Shown here: piece after piece, positions 36,517 to 46,317 of the stretch
Position numbering within the stretch: position 1 is the stretch's first letter
Layout of the letters: every line of letters begins with the position of its first letter
Source: a plasmid
Length of the DNA: 64,000 nt
Strand: one strand, 5' to 3'
Sequence record: NZ_CP017043.1
Program-made: the position numbers and the translations under genes
The notes under the pieces: generated by a model
What the model was told of the DNA's origin: nothing
The model's input: the letters and a program-made list of their open reading frames with translations, nothing else
The model's database searches: none

Positions 36517-37602
36517 TTGTCCGTCCATAAAGACACAAAGCGCGGAACATGGTACGTAAAGATCAAATACACCGACTGGACAGGCGAAAAGAGGGAAACG
36601 ACCCGCAGAGGATTCGCAAAGAAAAAAGACGCGCAGCTATTTGAGCAGGATTTTCACCGGCAGAAACAAGGCGCTCATTCCATGACCTTCAAGGCATTAT
36701 ATGATCTATACATGGAGGACATAAAACCACGCATAAGACCTACAACATATCGAAGCAAGGAATATATGTTCACCTCAAAGGTGTTGCCGTTCTTCGCAAA
36801 TTTGCCTTGCGACCAGATTACTCCTGCAAAAATACGGCAGTGGCAAAACGAACTTGTCAAAGGCGATTATCAAGAGACATACCTCCGTACTATCAACAAC
36901 CAAGTTGCAGCCATCTTCAACTTTGCGGTAAATTATTATGGTCTACCAACTAACCCCGCAAAACGAGCAGGGATGATCGGAAAGAGTCATGCCGATGCAA
37001 TGAGATTCTGGACGGTTGATGATTTTCAAAAATTTATCAATCACACCACTACTCCACTATACAGAATTTCTTTTTTAATCCTTTTCTGGACAGGGATGCG
37101 TGTTGGAGAGTTTTTGGCACTGACCTTGGAGGACTTTGATTTTGACAAAAATTTGATACACATAACCAAAAGCTACGCACGGCTAGATAACAAGACTATA
37201 ATCGGCCCGCCTAAGACACCAAAGAGCCGCCGTGATGTCAGCATCCCTGCATTTCTTGTCGATGAAGTCCAGCAGTTTATCCAAGCGCAGCATTCAATCA
37301 ATCCAAATGCACGATTATTTGAAACCGGTAAACATGGATTATCTTATGAAATGAAGCGTGTAGCTGCACAGGTTGGCATAGAGAAAATTCGCCTTCATGA
37401 TCTTAGGCACTCTCATGCCTCCTATCTCATTCACCGAGGAATACCGATCATAGCGATTTCACAACGCCTCGGTCATGAAAAAATCGAGACTACACTACAA
37501 ACCTACGCTCACCTATATCCACAAGAGCGCGATATGATTATTGCTGCCATCGAAAGCGATCCGGCAACAAAAGGAGGGTCAAACGGGGGTCACGGAAAAT
37601 AA
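36517..37602 (+). CDS. int: Tyrosine site-specific recombinase/integrase (361 aa; probable TTG start)
   Basis: N-terminal SAM-like arm-binding domain. The catalytic region has R...HDLRHSHASYLIHRG...LGHEKIETTLQTYAHLY (the R-H-R-Y tetrad). Confidence 0.85.
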   Translation: MSVHKDTKRGTWYVKIKYTDWTGEKRETTRRGFAKKKDAQLFEQDFHRQKQGAHSMTFKALYDLYMEDIKPRIRPTTYRSKEYMFTSKVLPFFANLPCDQITPAKIRQWQNELVKGDYQETYLRTINNQVAAIFNFAVNYYGLPTNPAKRAGMIGKSHADAMRFWTVDDFQKFINHTTTPLYRISFLILFWTGMRVGEFLALTLEDFDFDKNLIHITKSYARLDNKTIIGPPKTPKSRRDVSIPAFLVDEVQQFIQAQHSINPNARLFETGKHGLSYEMKRVAAQVGIEKIRLHDLRHSHASYLIHRGIPIIAISQRLGHEKIETTLQTYAHLYPQERDMIIAAIESDPATKGGSNGGHGK

Positions 37603-37641
37603 ATAAGCGCAGATACCCTTGATATACAAGGCGCTCTGCGC
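37603..37641 (+). terminator. Intrinsic terminator after int
   Basis: aagcgcagatacccttgatatacaaggcgctctgcgctt hairpin (AAGCGCAGA/TCTGCGCTT) followed by atttcta. Confidence 0.5.
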
Positions 37642-37795
37642 TTATTTCTACTATTCGAGTTCAACTATACCACATTAACATTGTTTTGCAACCCCTGTAT
37701 TTCAGCCCTTTTCATTCTCTCTATTCTACGGATTCTCCATATTCTACATCTTTTTCGAGTTTTTCGGGGTCAAATGAGGGTCAGAGGATTCCTCA

Positions 37796-38251
37796 TCAAA
37801 AAGGAATATCGTCATCATCAGCAGACATGACCTGCTGGAAAAGCGATTCGTCACTCTGATCCTCCTCCGGGATCGGCTGCTGGCTTTCCGGATCTGCCAT
37901 CGAGTTGAGGGCGTTCGCCGAGACCATAGTCGCCTGTTTCGGCGTCAAGAACTCAATGTTGTTCGCCACAACCATCGTTGCATATCTTTTCTGACCGTTT
38001 TTTTCATAGGTATTTACGTCCAGCCGACCGATCACGTTGACAAGATGTCCTTTGGACAGTGATTTTTTGCAGGATTCGGCCAGCGCATTCCACGCCTCGA
38101 TGTAGAAATAATTGACGGGATACCGTCCCCTCTCGTCTTTTTTGAATCCCTTGCGTACAGCAAGAGGAAAATGAATGACAAGGTGCCCTGCCTGTGTGGT
38201 GTACTCGCTGATCTTGGCTGCGAGGCGGCCGCTTAATACAACCTGATTCAT
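37796..38251 (-). CDS. ssb: Single-stranded DNA-binding protein
   Basis: OB-fold N-terminal region (VVLSGRLAAKISEYTTQAGHLVIHFPLAV) and an acidic C-terminal tail ending DDDIPF. Confidence 0.85.
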   Translation of the reverse strand: MNQVVLSGRLAAKISEYTTQAGHLVIHFPLAVRKGFKKDERGRYPVNYFYIEAWNALAESCKKSLSKGHLVNVIGRLDVNTYEKNGQKRYATMVVANNIEFLTPKQATMVSANALNSMADPESQQPIPEEDQSDESLFQQVMSADDDDIPF

Positions 38252-38561
38252 ATTTATCCCTCCTATGAGTTATTTATGATGTGTTCTTATATCTTTATGA
38301 ATTGGGGAAAGGTTTAAGATGTGGTTATGAACATTTTAGTATGAAATATGATGGGTTTGCCATTCGTTCATAGCCCGTTAGGAAATCATCTGATATTTTT
38401 CAGAATATCTCTTAACAGGCTATGAACCTAGATACCTCATTTCGTCTGTGCGCCACACTTATCGCACGCACCTGGATGATCCTGACGATTCCCGCAGCTG
38501 GGGCATTCAAACGTAGCCATATGTACCATTCTTCTCACCTCCTCACGGTTCATCATCCATA

Positions 38562-40844
38562 TCATGAAAGATTGGGAAGGCCATCTTTGTCCCAAACAGG
38601 AGCAGCTCCGCAGCGGTCAGAGCAATACCAATAGTATACCCCCTTCTTCTTTTTGCTCTCAGCTCGTTTCAGATACCCCTTGCCGCATTCGGGACACACA
38701 ACAATCACAGGTTTATCTTTATGATCTGAAAATGCAGCATTGCAGACCTCTCGATCTTCGCACGACCAAAATGTTCCGAACTTCCCCTTGACTTGACGCA
38801 GCACCTTTCCGCAGCGCGGACATTTGTCTGTGCGTTTATCTTCCTTTTTGGCCGCGAAGTCCGGCTTTCCCTTTTTATCGGGCGCCATCGTTTTGCAGTC
38901 GGGGTAGCCGGAGCATCCCCAAAAAGCACCAAACTTTCCTTTACGCAGCCGCATTGGCTTCCCGCAATTCGGGCACGTCGGAAGATCCTTGTTGGTCTGC
39001 AGCTGCACATTCTTCGCATCAGCAAGCAGCTCATTGAGAATATCAACTTGTTTCGTCAAAAAGGAATCCAGAGGAATGGATCCGTCTGCGATCCGATCCA
39101 GATCGGCTTCCCACAACGCCGTTGTGTCCGGATATGTGATTTTGTCCGGCAGCATGGATATGACCATACGCCCCAGCTCAGTAGGAACAAGATATTTCTT
39201 CTCCGTGGCGACGGAGCGCGCTTTTTTCAATCCCTCGATAATCCCGGCTCGTGTAGCCTCTGTCCCGATTCCTTTGCACTCCTTGAGACTTGCGGCAAGC
39301 TCCTTATCCTTGACATATTTATGGATTTCTTTCATTGCCTGGAGCAGCGTGGCGTCGGTAAAGCGCTTTGGCGGTGTTGTAACTTTCTCTTTGACCACTC
39401 CGTGGTCATATCGTATGACATCACCTTCTGCGACTGCTGGAAGCACAGGAGCTTCTTCACCGTCTTCATCCGGATCCTTTTTATCCTTCTGGTAAATTTC
39501 CTTCCAGCCCATTGTCAGGATCGTTTTTCCGTTCCCGACGAATTCCTCATCCGCACACGAGATGATGACTTTGGTCGCCTGGTATGTATGGATGGGATAG
39601 AACTGGGCAAGATAGGCTTTTACCACGAGCAAATAGAGTTTCTTTTGCTCATCAGATAACTTTGTCAGATCTGCTGGGACTGTTGTTGGAATCAGCGCGT
39701 GATGCGCCGAGATCTTCGCATCGTTCCATGCACGAGACACAATCTTCACATCAGCCCGCGCAGCGAATTCATCCAGGTGCTCCTCTGAGATGCCTTCTAT
39801 ATTCCTTATAACTGCTGCTGCATCGCTCAGCTGGTTGGTTGGCAAATACTCACAATCGGAACGCGGATACGTTGTCAGCTTCATCTCATAGAGCGACTGC
39901 ATGGCATCGAGCACCTGCTGCGGCGACAGGCCGAATCTTCGTCCGGCTTCCACCTGCAGCGTAGACAGGCTGTAAGGAAGGCGCTGTCCTTCCTGCTTTT
40001 TCTTCTGCTCAACAGCAATAATTTGAGCGCCGTCTCCATGATTGGCCGCAGACTCTATTTTGGAAAGCAACCCCTCCGCAATTTCTTTTGAAAGCAGCCG
40101 ATTTTCAGAATCAAGTCCTTCCATATCGGGCTTGCATTTCCATGCTGTTGGTATGCTGCCGTTTTCGTGCTGCCATGTCACCTGCAGCACATAATGCGTT
40201 GTCGGTCTAAATTGACGAATCTCCTCTTCACGCCTCACAACGAGTGCGAGCGTCGGCGTTTGGACACGACCGACATGGACAACGGAATCATATCCTGCGT
40301 CTCTGCTCTTGATCGTATAAGCGCGAGAGAGATTCATCCCGACGAGCCAATCTGCCTGGCTGCGTGCGAGAGCGCTGTCCCGAAGACCTGTATAGTCTTT
40401 ATTATCCCGCAAGTCTCCGAGCGCCTGAACCACGCTTTTCTGATCCAGTGCATTCAGAAGGATCCGCTTCACCGGCTTCTTGTTGCTAATATAGAGCAAA
40501 ACCTCATCAATCAGCAGCTGACCCTCGCGATCTGGGTCTCCTGCATTGATGATATAGTCTGCTTTTTTTGCAAGCTCCTTGATAATCTTGAACTGCTTCG
40601 CTGCGTCTTTCTTGACCTTCAGCTTCCATTCATCAGGGACGATGGGAAGATCGTCCATCGCCCATTTTTTATAGCGCTCGTCATATTCACCCGGATCGTA
40701 TTGCTCCAGCACATGGCCAAAACACCAAGTAACGATGTCCTGGCCATTGTTAATCTCAATGCAGCCGTCTTTGGAAGTGCCCTTCCCTAGATTTTCTGCA
40801 ATCGCTCGGCCTAAACTTGGCTTTTCAGCGATAAATAAGCGCAT
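38562..40844 (-). CDS. topB: DNA topoisomerase III with C-terminal zinc-ribbon repeats (760 aa)
   Basis: MRLFIAEKPSLGRAIA (TOPRIM), a catalytic Tyr region, and multiple CxxC...CxxC zinc ribbons at the C-terminus. Typical of conjugative elements. Confidence 0.85.
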   Translation of the reverse strand: MRLFIAEKPSLGRAIAENLGKGTSKDGCIEINNGQDIVTWCFGHVLEQYDPGEYDERYKKWAMDDLPIVPDEWKLKVKKDAAKQFKIIKELAKKADYIINAGDPDREGQLLIDEVLLYISNKKPVKRILLNALDQKSVVQALGDLRDNKDYTGLRDSALARSQADWLVGMNLSRAYTIKSRDAGYDSVVHVGRVQTPTLALVVRREEEIRQFRPTTHYVLQVTWQHENGSIPTAWKCKPDMEGLDSENRLLSKEIAEGLLSKIESAANHGDGAQIIAVEQKKKQEGQRLPYSLSTLQVEAGRRFGLSPQQVLDAMQSLYEMKLTTYPRSDCEYLPTNQLSDAAAVIRNIEGISEEHLDEFAARADVKIVSRAWNDAKISAHHALIPTTVPADLTKLSDEQKKLYLLVVKAYLAQFYPIHTYQATKVIISCADEEFVGNGKTILTMGWKEIYQKDKKDPDEDGEEAPVLPAVAEGDVIRYDHGVVKEKVTTPPKRFTDATLLQAMKEIHKYVKDKELAASLKECKGIGTEATRAGIIEGLKKARSVATEKKYLVPTELGRMVISMLPDKITYPDTTALWEADLDRIADGSIPLDSFLTKQVDILNELLADAKNVQLQTNKDLPTCPNCGKPMRLRKGKFGAFWGCSGYPDCKTMAPDKKGKPDFAAKKEDKRTDKCPRCGKVLRQVKGKFGTFWSCEDREVCNAAFSDHKDKPVIVVCPECGKGYLKRAESKKKKGVYYWYCSDRCGAAPVWDKDGLPNLS

Positions 40845-40848
40845 ATAG

Positions 40849-40884
40849 CAAGCCCCCTTTCAGGATAAGTATATCCCGAAAAGG
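40849..40884 (-). promoter_or_regulatory. 5'-UTR stem-loop sequestering the topB ribosome-binding site
   Basis: Minus-strand GCCCCTTTTCGGGATATACTTATCCTGAAAGGGGGC. The 3' arm AAAGGGGGC is the SD, and the ATG lies 7 nt downstream. Confidence 0.35.
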
Positions 40885-40889
40885 GGCTT

Positions 40890-40909
40890 GAAATTCCTAT
40901 CATTTTTCA
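40890..40909 (-). promoter_or_regulatory. Conserved upstream motif instance (topB)
   Basis: gaaaTTCCTATCATTTTTCA. Confidence 0.45.
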
Positions 40910-40912
40910 AAA

Positions 40913-41263
40913 CTAGATCAGGTTGTACTCTTTCAATTTCTCCATTCCTATACTTTGATCAATATAGTGGCTCTCGTCATAGTCAAGCGGACGTGATTTT
41001 TGTGCCTCAAAGACACGGACATCATTTGAGTCGTCTCCCTCTTCCCCTATGTGAGATTTTATAAATTCGGAAGTCGGTACATCTAAAGCTCTGGCGATTT
41101 CCCCTAACAACAAGGAATCCCTTGTAGGACCGCCCTCGCTCATGAGACGAATAAAAAGATCGTGCTTTGTCCTCGTATGGCACTCAGCTTCGACTTCCTC
41201 AATAGTCATCCCGCGCATTCTGATAAAATTGTTCAGCCTCTTTGCATCTACCCAGTACAACAT
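40913..41263 (-). CDS. HTH-domain protein (116 aa), Xre-like
   Basis: LLGEIARALDVPTSEFI resembles an HTH recognition helix. Confidence 0.4.
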   Translation of the reverse strand: MLYWVDAKRLNNFIRMRGMTIEEVEAECHTRTKHDLFIRLMSEGGPTRDSLLLGEIARALDVPTSEFIKSHIGEEGDDSNDVRVFEAQKSRPLDYDESHYIDQSIGMEKLKEYNLI

Positions 41264-41277
41264 ATCAATGCCTCCTA

Positions 41278-42201
41278 CTATCTGATATTATCATTGCTCT
41301 TTCTATACTTGTCGCACGCTTCTTGGAACGTCTTTCCCATTGTAATCAGAATATCTTTAAGCGCTCTCTGCGCTTCACTGGATACGCGAGTCGCAGAAAT
41401 TTCTTTCATGAAATCATCTATCCTCATTGAAGGTTTATCGTCAATAACATCTCTGCTGATAATTGTACGCAATCCCAAATCACAAGCAAGGTGAATAGTA
41501 TCTCCGTTGTCCGGAATAAATTGAACCTGCATAAAGCGGTTTTGCAGGTCAGATTGTCGAAAATGGCATTTTTCAATATAGCTATCCAAAAACCCACTGT
41601 GTGTAAAGTCACATTTCTTAAAAGTGGCTTCATCAAAAGTACATTGTATAAAGGCTACATTCAAAAACTTGTTATCGGTAAATACAGACGTAGAAAAATC
41701 GGCACAAACCGGATTTACCGCCAAAAAACGATTCCCTTCGAGATGACAATTTTTTTCAAGCCAGACATGGTTGAGATTTGCTTCACGAAACACATTATCC
41801 GAAAATCGACACTGGTTGAATTTTGATTTTCCCAACATTGTGTTCTGCAGATCACATTGATTGATTCTACATACAGACATAGTTGTTTGTAGAATTTTGG
41901 CATTTAAGAAATTGCAACTTTCAAAAGTAACGTCAGATATATTTGCATTGCTTAATTGTGCATCAGTGAAATCACAATCCTTAAAATGCAGACGTTCCAT
42001 GGAAACGCCCGACAAGTCCGCTCCACGAAAAATCATGGAGTGAAACGGATGGATTTCGTTTGAGGAGCAAAAATCAAAACCCCGTAAATCACAATTTGTA
42101 AAATCTGCTTGTCTGCCGGATTCGTGATTCGTTTGCATCCATCGGTCATGATCGCTTAGAATCCGGCGCACCTCATCCGAAGAAACCTGCCGTCTATCCA
42201 T
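41278..42201 (-). CDS. Pentapeptide-repeat protein (307 aa)
   Basis: Long array of pentapeptide repeats (ADLSGVSMERLHFKDCDFTDAQLSNANISDVTFESCNFLNAKI...). Confidence 0.8.
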   Translation of the reverse strand: MDRRQVSSDEVRRILSDHDRWMQTNHESGRQADFTNCDLRGFDFCSSNEIHPFHSMIFRGADLSGVSMERLHFKDCDFTDAQLSNANISDVTFESCNFLNAKILQTTMSVCRINQCDLQNTMLGKSKFNQCRFSDNVFREANLNHVWLEKNCHLEGNRFLAVNPVCADFSTSVFTDNKFLNVAFIQCTFDEATFKKCDFTHSGFLDSYIEKCHFRQSDLQNRFMQVQFIPDNGDTIHLACDLGLRTIISRDVIDDKPSMRIDDFMKEISATRVSSEAQRALKDILITMGKTFQEACDKYRKSNDNIR

Positions 42202-42234
42202 ATACTATCACCCTCGCCGCATCCATGTCAAAAG

Positions 42235-42618
42235 CTATTGCATTGTATTTTCGGATTCGTAAGCATTCTCCTGCGGAGTGGTCTCAATATCCTCCGTGGA
42301 AGGATTTTCCTCGGACGTTCCTCCCGAGGATTCTTCCACAGGAGCTTCTTGTGTTGCTATCGGCGTCAGCTCGTTCGATCGTGACTGCAGCCACGCCAGC
42401 ACATCCTCGACAGGAATGCGTGAAAGGTCAATCGAGCCTCCATTTTTATTCAGTGCAGCTTGCAGCGCATCTGTCCATTTTTTATTTCGCGCGTTGTTGA
42501 TCGCGCTCATTTCTTTTCGTACTTGCTGGATGCGCTTCTCCGTCGCCTTTTGCTTCGACAGCAGATCATCCAGTTTTTCTTGCTTCTTGGCAAGACGATC
42601 CATTGCACTTTTCGCCAT
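42235..42618 (-). CDS. Coiled-coil protein, possible relaxosome accessory factor (127 aa)
   Basis: Charged helical N-terminus. Lies in the divergent unit opposite the relaxase. Confidence 0.35.
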   Translation of the reverse strand: MAKSAMDRLAKKQEKLDDLLSKQKATEKRIQQVRKEMSAINNARNKKWTDALQAALNKNGGSIDLSRIPVEDVLAWLQSRSNELTPIATQEAPVEESSGGTSEENPSTEDIETTPQENAYESENTMQ

Positions 42619-42646
42619 TGCAGAATCATGTCCTTTCCGTCTCTGA

Positions 42647-42949
42647 TTATCCTAAATTGTTCATGGAGGCAAAACCGCCGGATGCAGCAGCTTTTCCGTG
42701 CTGGCACAGATACTCGCGGTTCATCACAAACAGCAGATATAGATCGTTCTCATTGTAGGAATCCAGAATACCGGCTTCCTCTGCAATGAGCCCGACACGC
42801 AAAAGCTTCTCATATCGAATTCTTTTGCGCTCCTTATCCATATCTGCTGAGACCGCATCCATCTGCTTTTTGGTTTCAACCAGCTGCCGCTTTAAGCGTG
42901 CCAGTCTCTGCTGATTGCTCTCCACTGCCGCCACATCCTCCGCCGCCAA
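42647..42949 (-). CDS. TraC/TraD-like small relaxosome accessory protein (100 aa)
   Basis: The motif YEKLLRVGLIAEEAGIL resembles the (T)HRLIxLGGLxEKAGL box of Ti-plasmid TraD/TraC. Divergent from the MobA/MobL relaxase, as in the Ti traCDG/traAFB arrangement. Confidence 0.45.
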   Translation of the reverse strand: MAAEDVAAVESNQQRLARLKRQLVETKKQMDAVSADMDKERKRIRYEKLLRVGLIAEEAGILDSYNENDLYLLFVMNREYLCQHGKAAASGGFASMNNLG

Positions 42950-43256
42950 TGTTACGATTCAAGCAGAGTATACCATGCACGCTCCCATTTTTCCCAAAAT
43001 GGGAATCAAGTTTCCCGTTTGTTTCCCACTTTATTGTTCCCGTTTTGCTAGAATGGGAGTAACTGAAGTTACTCTAAGCTCACTTATGCATTTCAGCAGG
43101 CTGAAACGCCGTTCGACCCAATTCTTACGCCGCTTCGCGGGCGAATTTTTTTGTCGGTCGCCTACGCTCCCTGAACCTGCCGTTGGCAGTTTGGCGCTAT
43201 CGCTTATCGTCGCTCCGCGCCGCAGATTTTTACGATCAACTTAGAAGAGAAAACGC
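42950..43256. promoter_or_regulatory. Candidate oriT / divergent promoter region
   Basis: Inverted repeats CCCATTTTtcccAAAATGGG (42988-43007) and GGAGTAACTgaaGTTACTCTA (43056-43076), between the accessory genes and the relaxase. Confidence 0.45.
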
Positions 43257-46235
43257 ATGGCTTTATATCATTTTACGGTCAAAAATGACAAGCGCCCCAA
43301 GACAAAGACACAGATTCCGGCCGTCGAACATTCCGACTATATTAACCGCGAGGGAAAATATAAAAATGCAGATGAACGCCAGCCGCAAAGCATGGATAAT
43401 GTTATATCCTCAAATCGCAAACTGGATGCGATCGACGGACGAACCGTTTTGCTTTATTCCAGTCCATATGGAAAAATCACCAATACGGAAAAAGGGATTG
43501 CAGTCACGGATGATCCATCCTATGACACAATCTCAATGGCGCTCATGGTAGCAAAAGAGACCATGGACGAGCCTCTGAGCGTGAATGGCAGTCTTGCCTT
43601 CAAAGCAAAATGTATCCATGCTGCTGTTTTGGCCGATCTGCCAATTACCTTCAAAGATTCAAATATGCAGAGCGTCCTCGACAAGAAGCGAAAGGAGAAA
43701 CAGGATGAGCGAGAACGATTTAGAGAACAAGGTGGACGAGTTATCATCCGCAAGAACATTCCAAAGCCCGACATTGACGAAAATCAGCGTGGAAATGCCG
43801 AGACTGTTACCATCGGAACCTTACCCACAATGCGTCAACTGCCCAAACTCCCTGTGGATGGCACTCGATCAGAGGACGCTGCGTTGCTGGTGTCAAGTGA
43901 TGAGAGTGGTCAGCTGGGACACGACGGAGACACACGCAATCCCCCTGTGCGATGGGATCTATCTGACGGACGAGAACAGTACGCTCGAAGAACCGCAAGA
44001 CGAATCCTAGACAACATCGAAAGCAACATGGATGCGATATACGCACAGCGCCATGTTGAGTACATCAACCGAGAAAAAGCATTTTCGGAGCGCGGCGATT
44101 GCGTCTATAAGCAGCACCATCTTCCCAAATGGGCGAAGGATTCGCCCAGCGTCTTTTTTCGAGCAGCAGACCGTTACTCTCCAAAAAACGCAGCACGATA
44201 TAAGGAGCTCGAATTTGCTCTGCAAAACGAATTGACCTTGGAGCAAAACCTAGAGATTGTGAATAGATTCATCCAAGAGAACCTGCCGGATCATTACTAT
44301 ACGCTCGCCGTACATGATAAAATCGGCGCGATGTCTGACGGGACACATAATCTTCATGTTCATCTGGTGTTCTCCACCCGTCTGATTGACGAAGTAGAAA
44401 AAAAGAAAGAGCGGAAGCGATCCGCTTACTTTCGCTATCCGCTGCGTGATAATGTAAAGGAAAAAACCGAAGATGCGATGCGCAGCCATGGAGCGCCTAT
44501 CGACCGCAAATGGTCAGATCGCACCTACGTCCCACATTTGCGGGCATCTTATGAAGAAATCGTAAACTCTGTACTAGAGAGATATGGATACAGCGCAAGA
44601 ATAGACCATCGCAGCCTAAAAGCGCAAGAACAGGAAGCCCGCATGAATGGGGATATTGTTCTTGCCAATCTCTTGCACCGTATCCCGGAGGAGCACATCA
44701 GCAAGCACGGTGTGCTTGAGGAGAGCAATCCGCAGGTGCAGCGGATTAAGAAATACCGCATCCACAAGAAAGAGTATCAAGATTTACTGTTTGCGGCCGA
44801 ACTTGTCGCCCACGGCATAGAGGAGGATGAGCGAAAAGAGAAGACGGGACGGCTCAAGAAAAATATCAAAGCGGTCGTATCATCGAACGAGTTCATCGAA
44901 AGTGAAAACGACGCCAATTCACATATTGGCGAACTCCGAGACAGCTTCGTTGAAGCCGTCCATGCACATGAGCACTTACAGCGGATGCTGGTGTCTGCCG
45001 AGGATGCACGCGAAAACGCAAAACTCGAGTATATGACGCCGGAGGAGAAAGAAACCTATCAAGCGTATAAGAAGCTTCTGTCGGACATCCAGCGTTGGAC
45101 AGATTTTAAGGAAAACCTGTCAGAACCTAAAAATCCGACAAACGAAGAGCTAGCTGCATATCGGCAGCTATTGCCCGCGCTCGATGAAAAGCTGTCGAAC
45201 CTCCAGCAGGAAAAAGCCCTGCTTCAGGACAAAATAGATGAACTGGAAATTCGATTGCAGAATACAGATATACAGAAACAGATTCAGCTCATCACGCACA
45301 AGACGCTGCAGGCCAATGTCAAAATACGCAAAGAGCTGGCGAAGGCCGAGCAAAACCTGGAAATATCCATACGCGCGCTGGAGCAAGGCTTATTCTCGGA
45401 AACACACGCTGAAAATCAGCAAGACACCTATACAACGCATCAGCTCTATTCCATCATACGAAAGCGATTTTACGGCTATAAGAAGGAAGTGGAGCGACTG
45501 CAAAAACAGCTGGACGCAGCAAAAAAGAAGGTCTTGTCTATGGATCGCGCATTACAGATGGCAAGCAACATCTACACAAAGGGCGGTCTGAAAAAACTGC
45601 GCGAGGATCTGCGCAGCCTGAAAAAGAAGGAAGGCTACCTGCAAAGCGATCAGGCGAAACTAGAGCAAGACATCGCAGCGTTTCGCAAGCTGCCGACGCC
45701 GCCCTCTACGGATCGCGACCTGTACGCAGAATATCAAGAACGGTACAGCGCCCTCGCCTCACGGCGTGACGAGCTGAATCAACGGATCCATGACCTGGCA
45801 AATCAAAAAATCGAGCTGGAGCAGCGGAAGAAACGACTGGCCGCTCAGATCGACTCGCCGCAAGGGAAGGCCAAAATCAAAGATATTGCGCTTGGTATCA
45901 TGAAGAAAAATGCTCCCTATCAAGAGCAATATGATACGCTGCAGGGACGCCTGGAACGAGCAACAGGAAAAATGAACCGTGCAAAGGTGCAAATGGAGGC
46001 GCTGGCCAAAGCGGTACAAAAAGATAAGGGCAACACACAGCGTTATAAAGTAGCTGCACCCGTAAAAGCCAAAGACATGCCTAGCATTATCGCCGAAGCA
46101 GTGTCCGGAAACTCACACTATGCGAGTTTGGTCGCAACGATGCGGGATGATAATAGGGCGCTAAAGACGTGGACGCTCATGTCCGAGGCTGCCAAGGCAG
46201 AAGAGGCAAATAAAAGATACTACCAAGATCTATAA
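43257..46235 (+). CDS. MobA/MobL-family (MOBQ) conjugative relaxase with long coiled-coil C-terminal domain (992 aa)
   Basis: N-terminal MALYHFTVKNDKRPKTKTQIPAVEHSDYINREGKY (catalytic Tyr motif). HUH-type motif GTHNLHVHLVFSTR. A ~500-aa helical, Q/E/K-rich C-terminus. Confidence 0.75.
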   Translation: MALYHFTVKNDKRPKTKTQIPAVEHSDYINREGKYKNADERQPQSMDNVISSNRKLDAIDGRTVLLYSSPYGKITNTEKGIAVTDDPSYDTISMALMVAKETMDEPLSVNGSLAFKAKCIHAAVLADLPITFKDSNMQSVLDKKRKEKQDERERFREQGGRVIIRKNIPKPDIDENQRGNAETVTIGTLPTMRQLPKLPVDGTRSEDAALLVSSDESGQLGHDGDTRNPPVRWDLSDGREQYARRTARRILDNIESNMDAIYAQRHVEYINREKAFSERGDCVYKQHHLPKWAKDSPSVFFRAADRYSPKNAARYKELEFALQNELTLEQNLEIVNRFIQENLPDHYYTLAVHDKIGAMSDGTHNLHVHLVFSTRLIDEVEKKKERKRSAYFRYPLRDNVKEKTEDAMRSHGAPIDRKWSDRTYVPHLRASYEEIVNSVLERYGYSARIDHRSLKAQEQEARMNGDIVLANLLHRIPEEHISKHGVLEESNPQVQRIKKYRIHKKEYQDLLFAAELVAHGIEEDERKEKTGRLKKNIKAVVSSNEFIESENDANSHIGELRDSFVEAVHAHEHLQRMLVSAEDARENAKLEYMTPEEKETYQAYKKLLSDIQRWTDFKENLSEPKNPTNEELAAYRQLLPALDEKLSNLQQEKALLQDKIDELEIRLQNTDIQKQIQLITHKTLQANVKIRKELAKAEQNLEISIRALEQGLFSETHAENQQDTYTTHQLYSIIRKRFYGYKKEVERLQKQLDAAKKKVLSMDRALQMASNIYTKGGLKKLREDLRSLKKKEGYLQSDQAKLEQDIAAFRKLPTPPSTDRDLYAEYQERYSALASRRDELNQRIHDLANQKIELEQRKKRLAAQIDSPQGKAKIKDIALGIMKKNAPYQEQYDTLQGRLERATGKMNRAKVQMEALAKAVQKDKGNTQRYKVAAPVKAKDMPSIIAEAVSGNSHYASLVATMRDDNRALKTWTLMSEAAKAEEANKRYYQDL

Positions 46236-46237
46236 GC

Positions 46238-46272
46238 GAACACAAAAAGAAGCTCTCCATCGAAGAGCTTCT
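46238..46272. terminator. Bidirectional intrinsic terminator
   Basis: aaaaAGAAGCTCTccatcgaAGAGCTTCTttttat. Confidence 0.6.
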
Positions 46273-46317
46273 TTTTATATCCAGCAATACGTAAGCTATG
46301 CTTTGTGTAATGAAATT

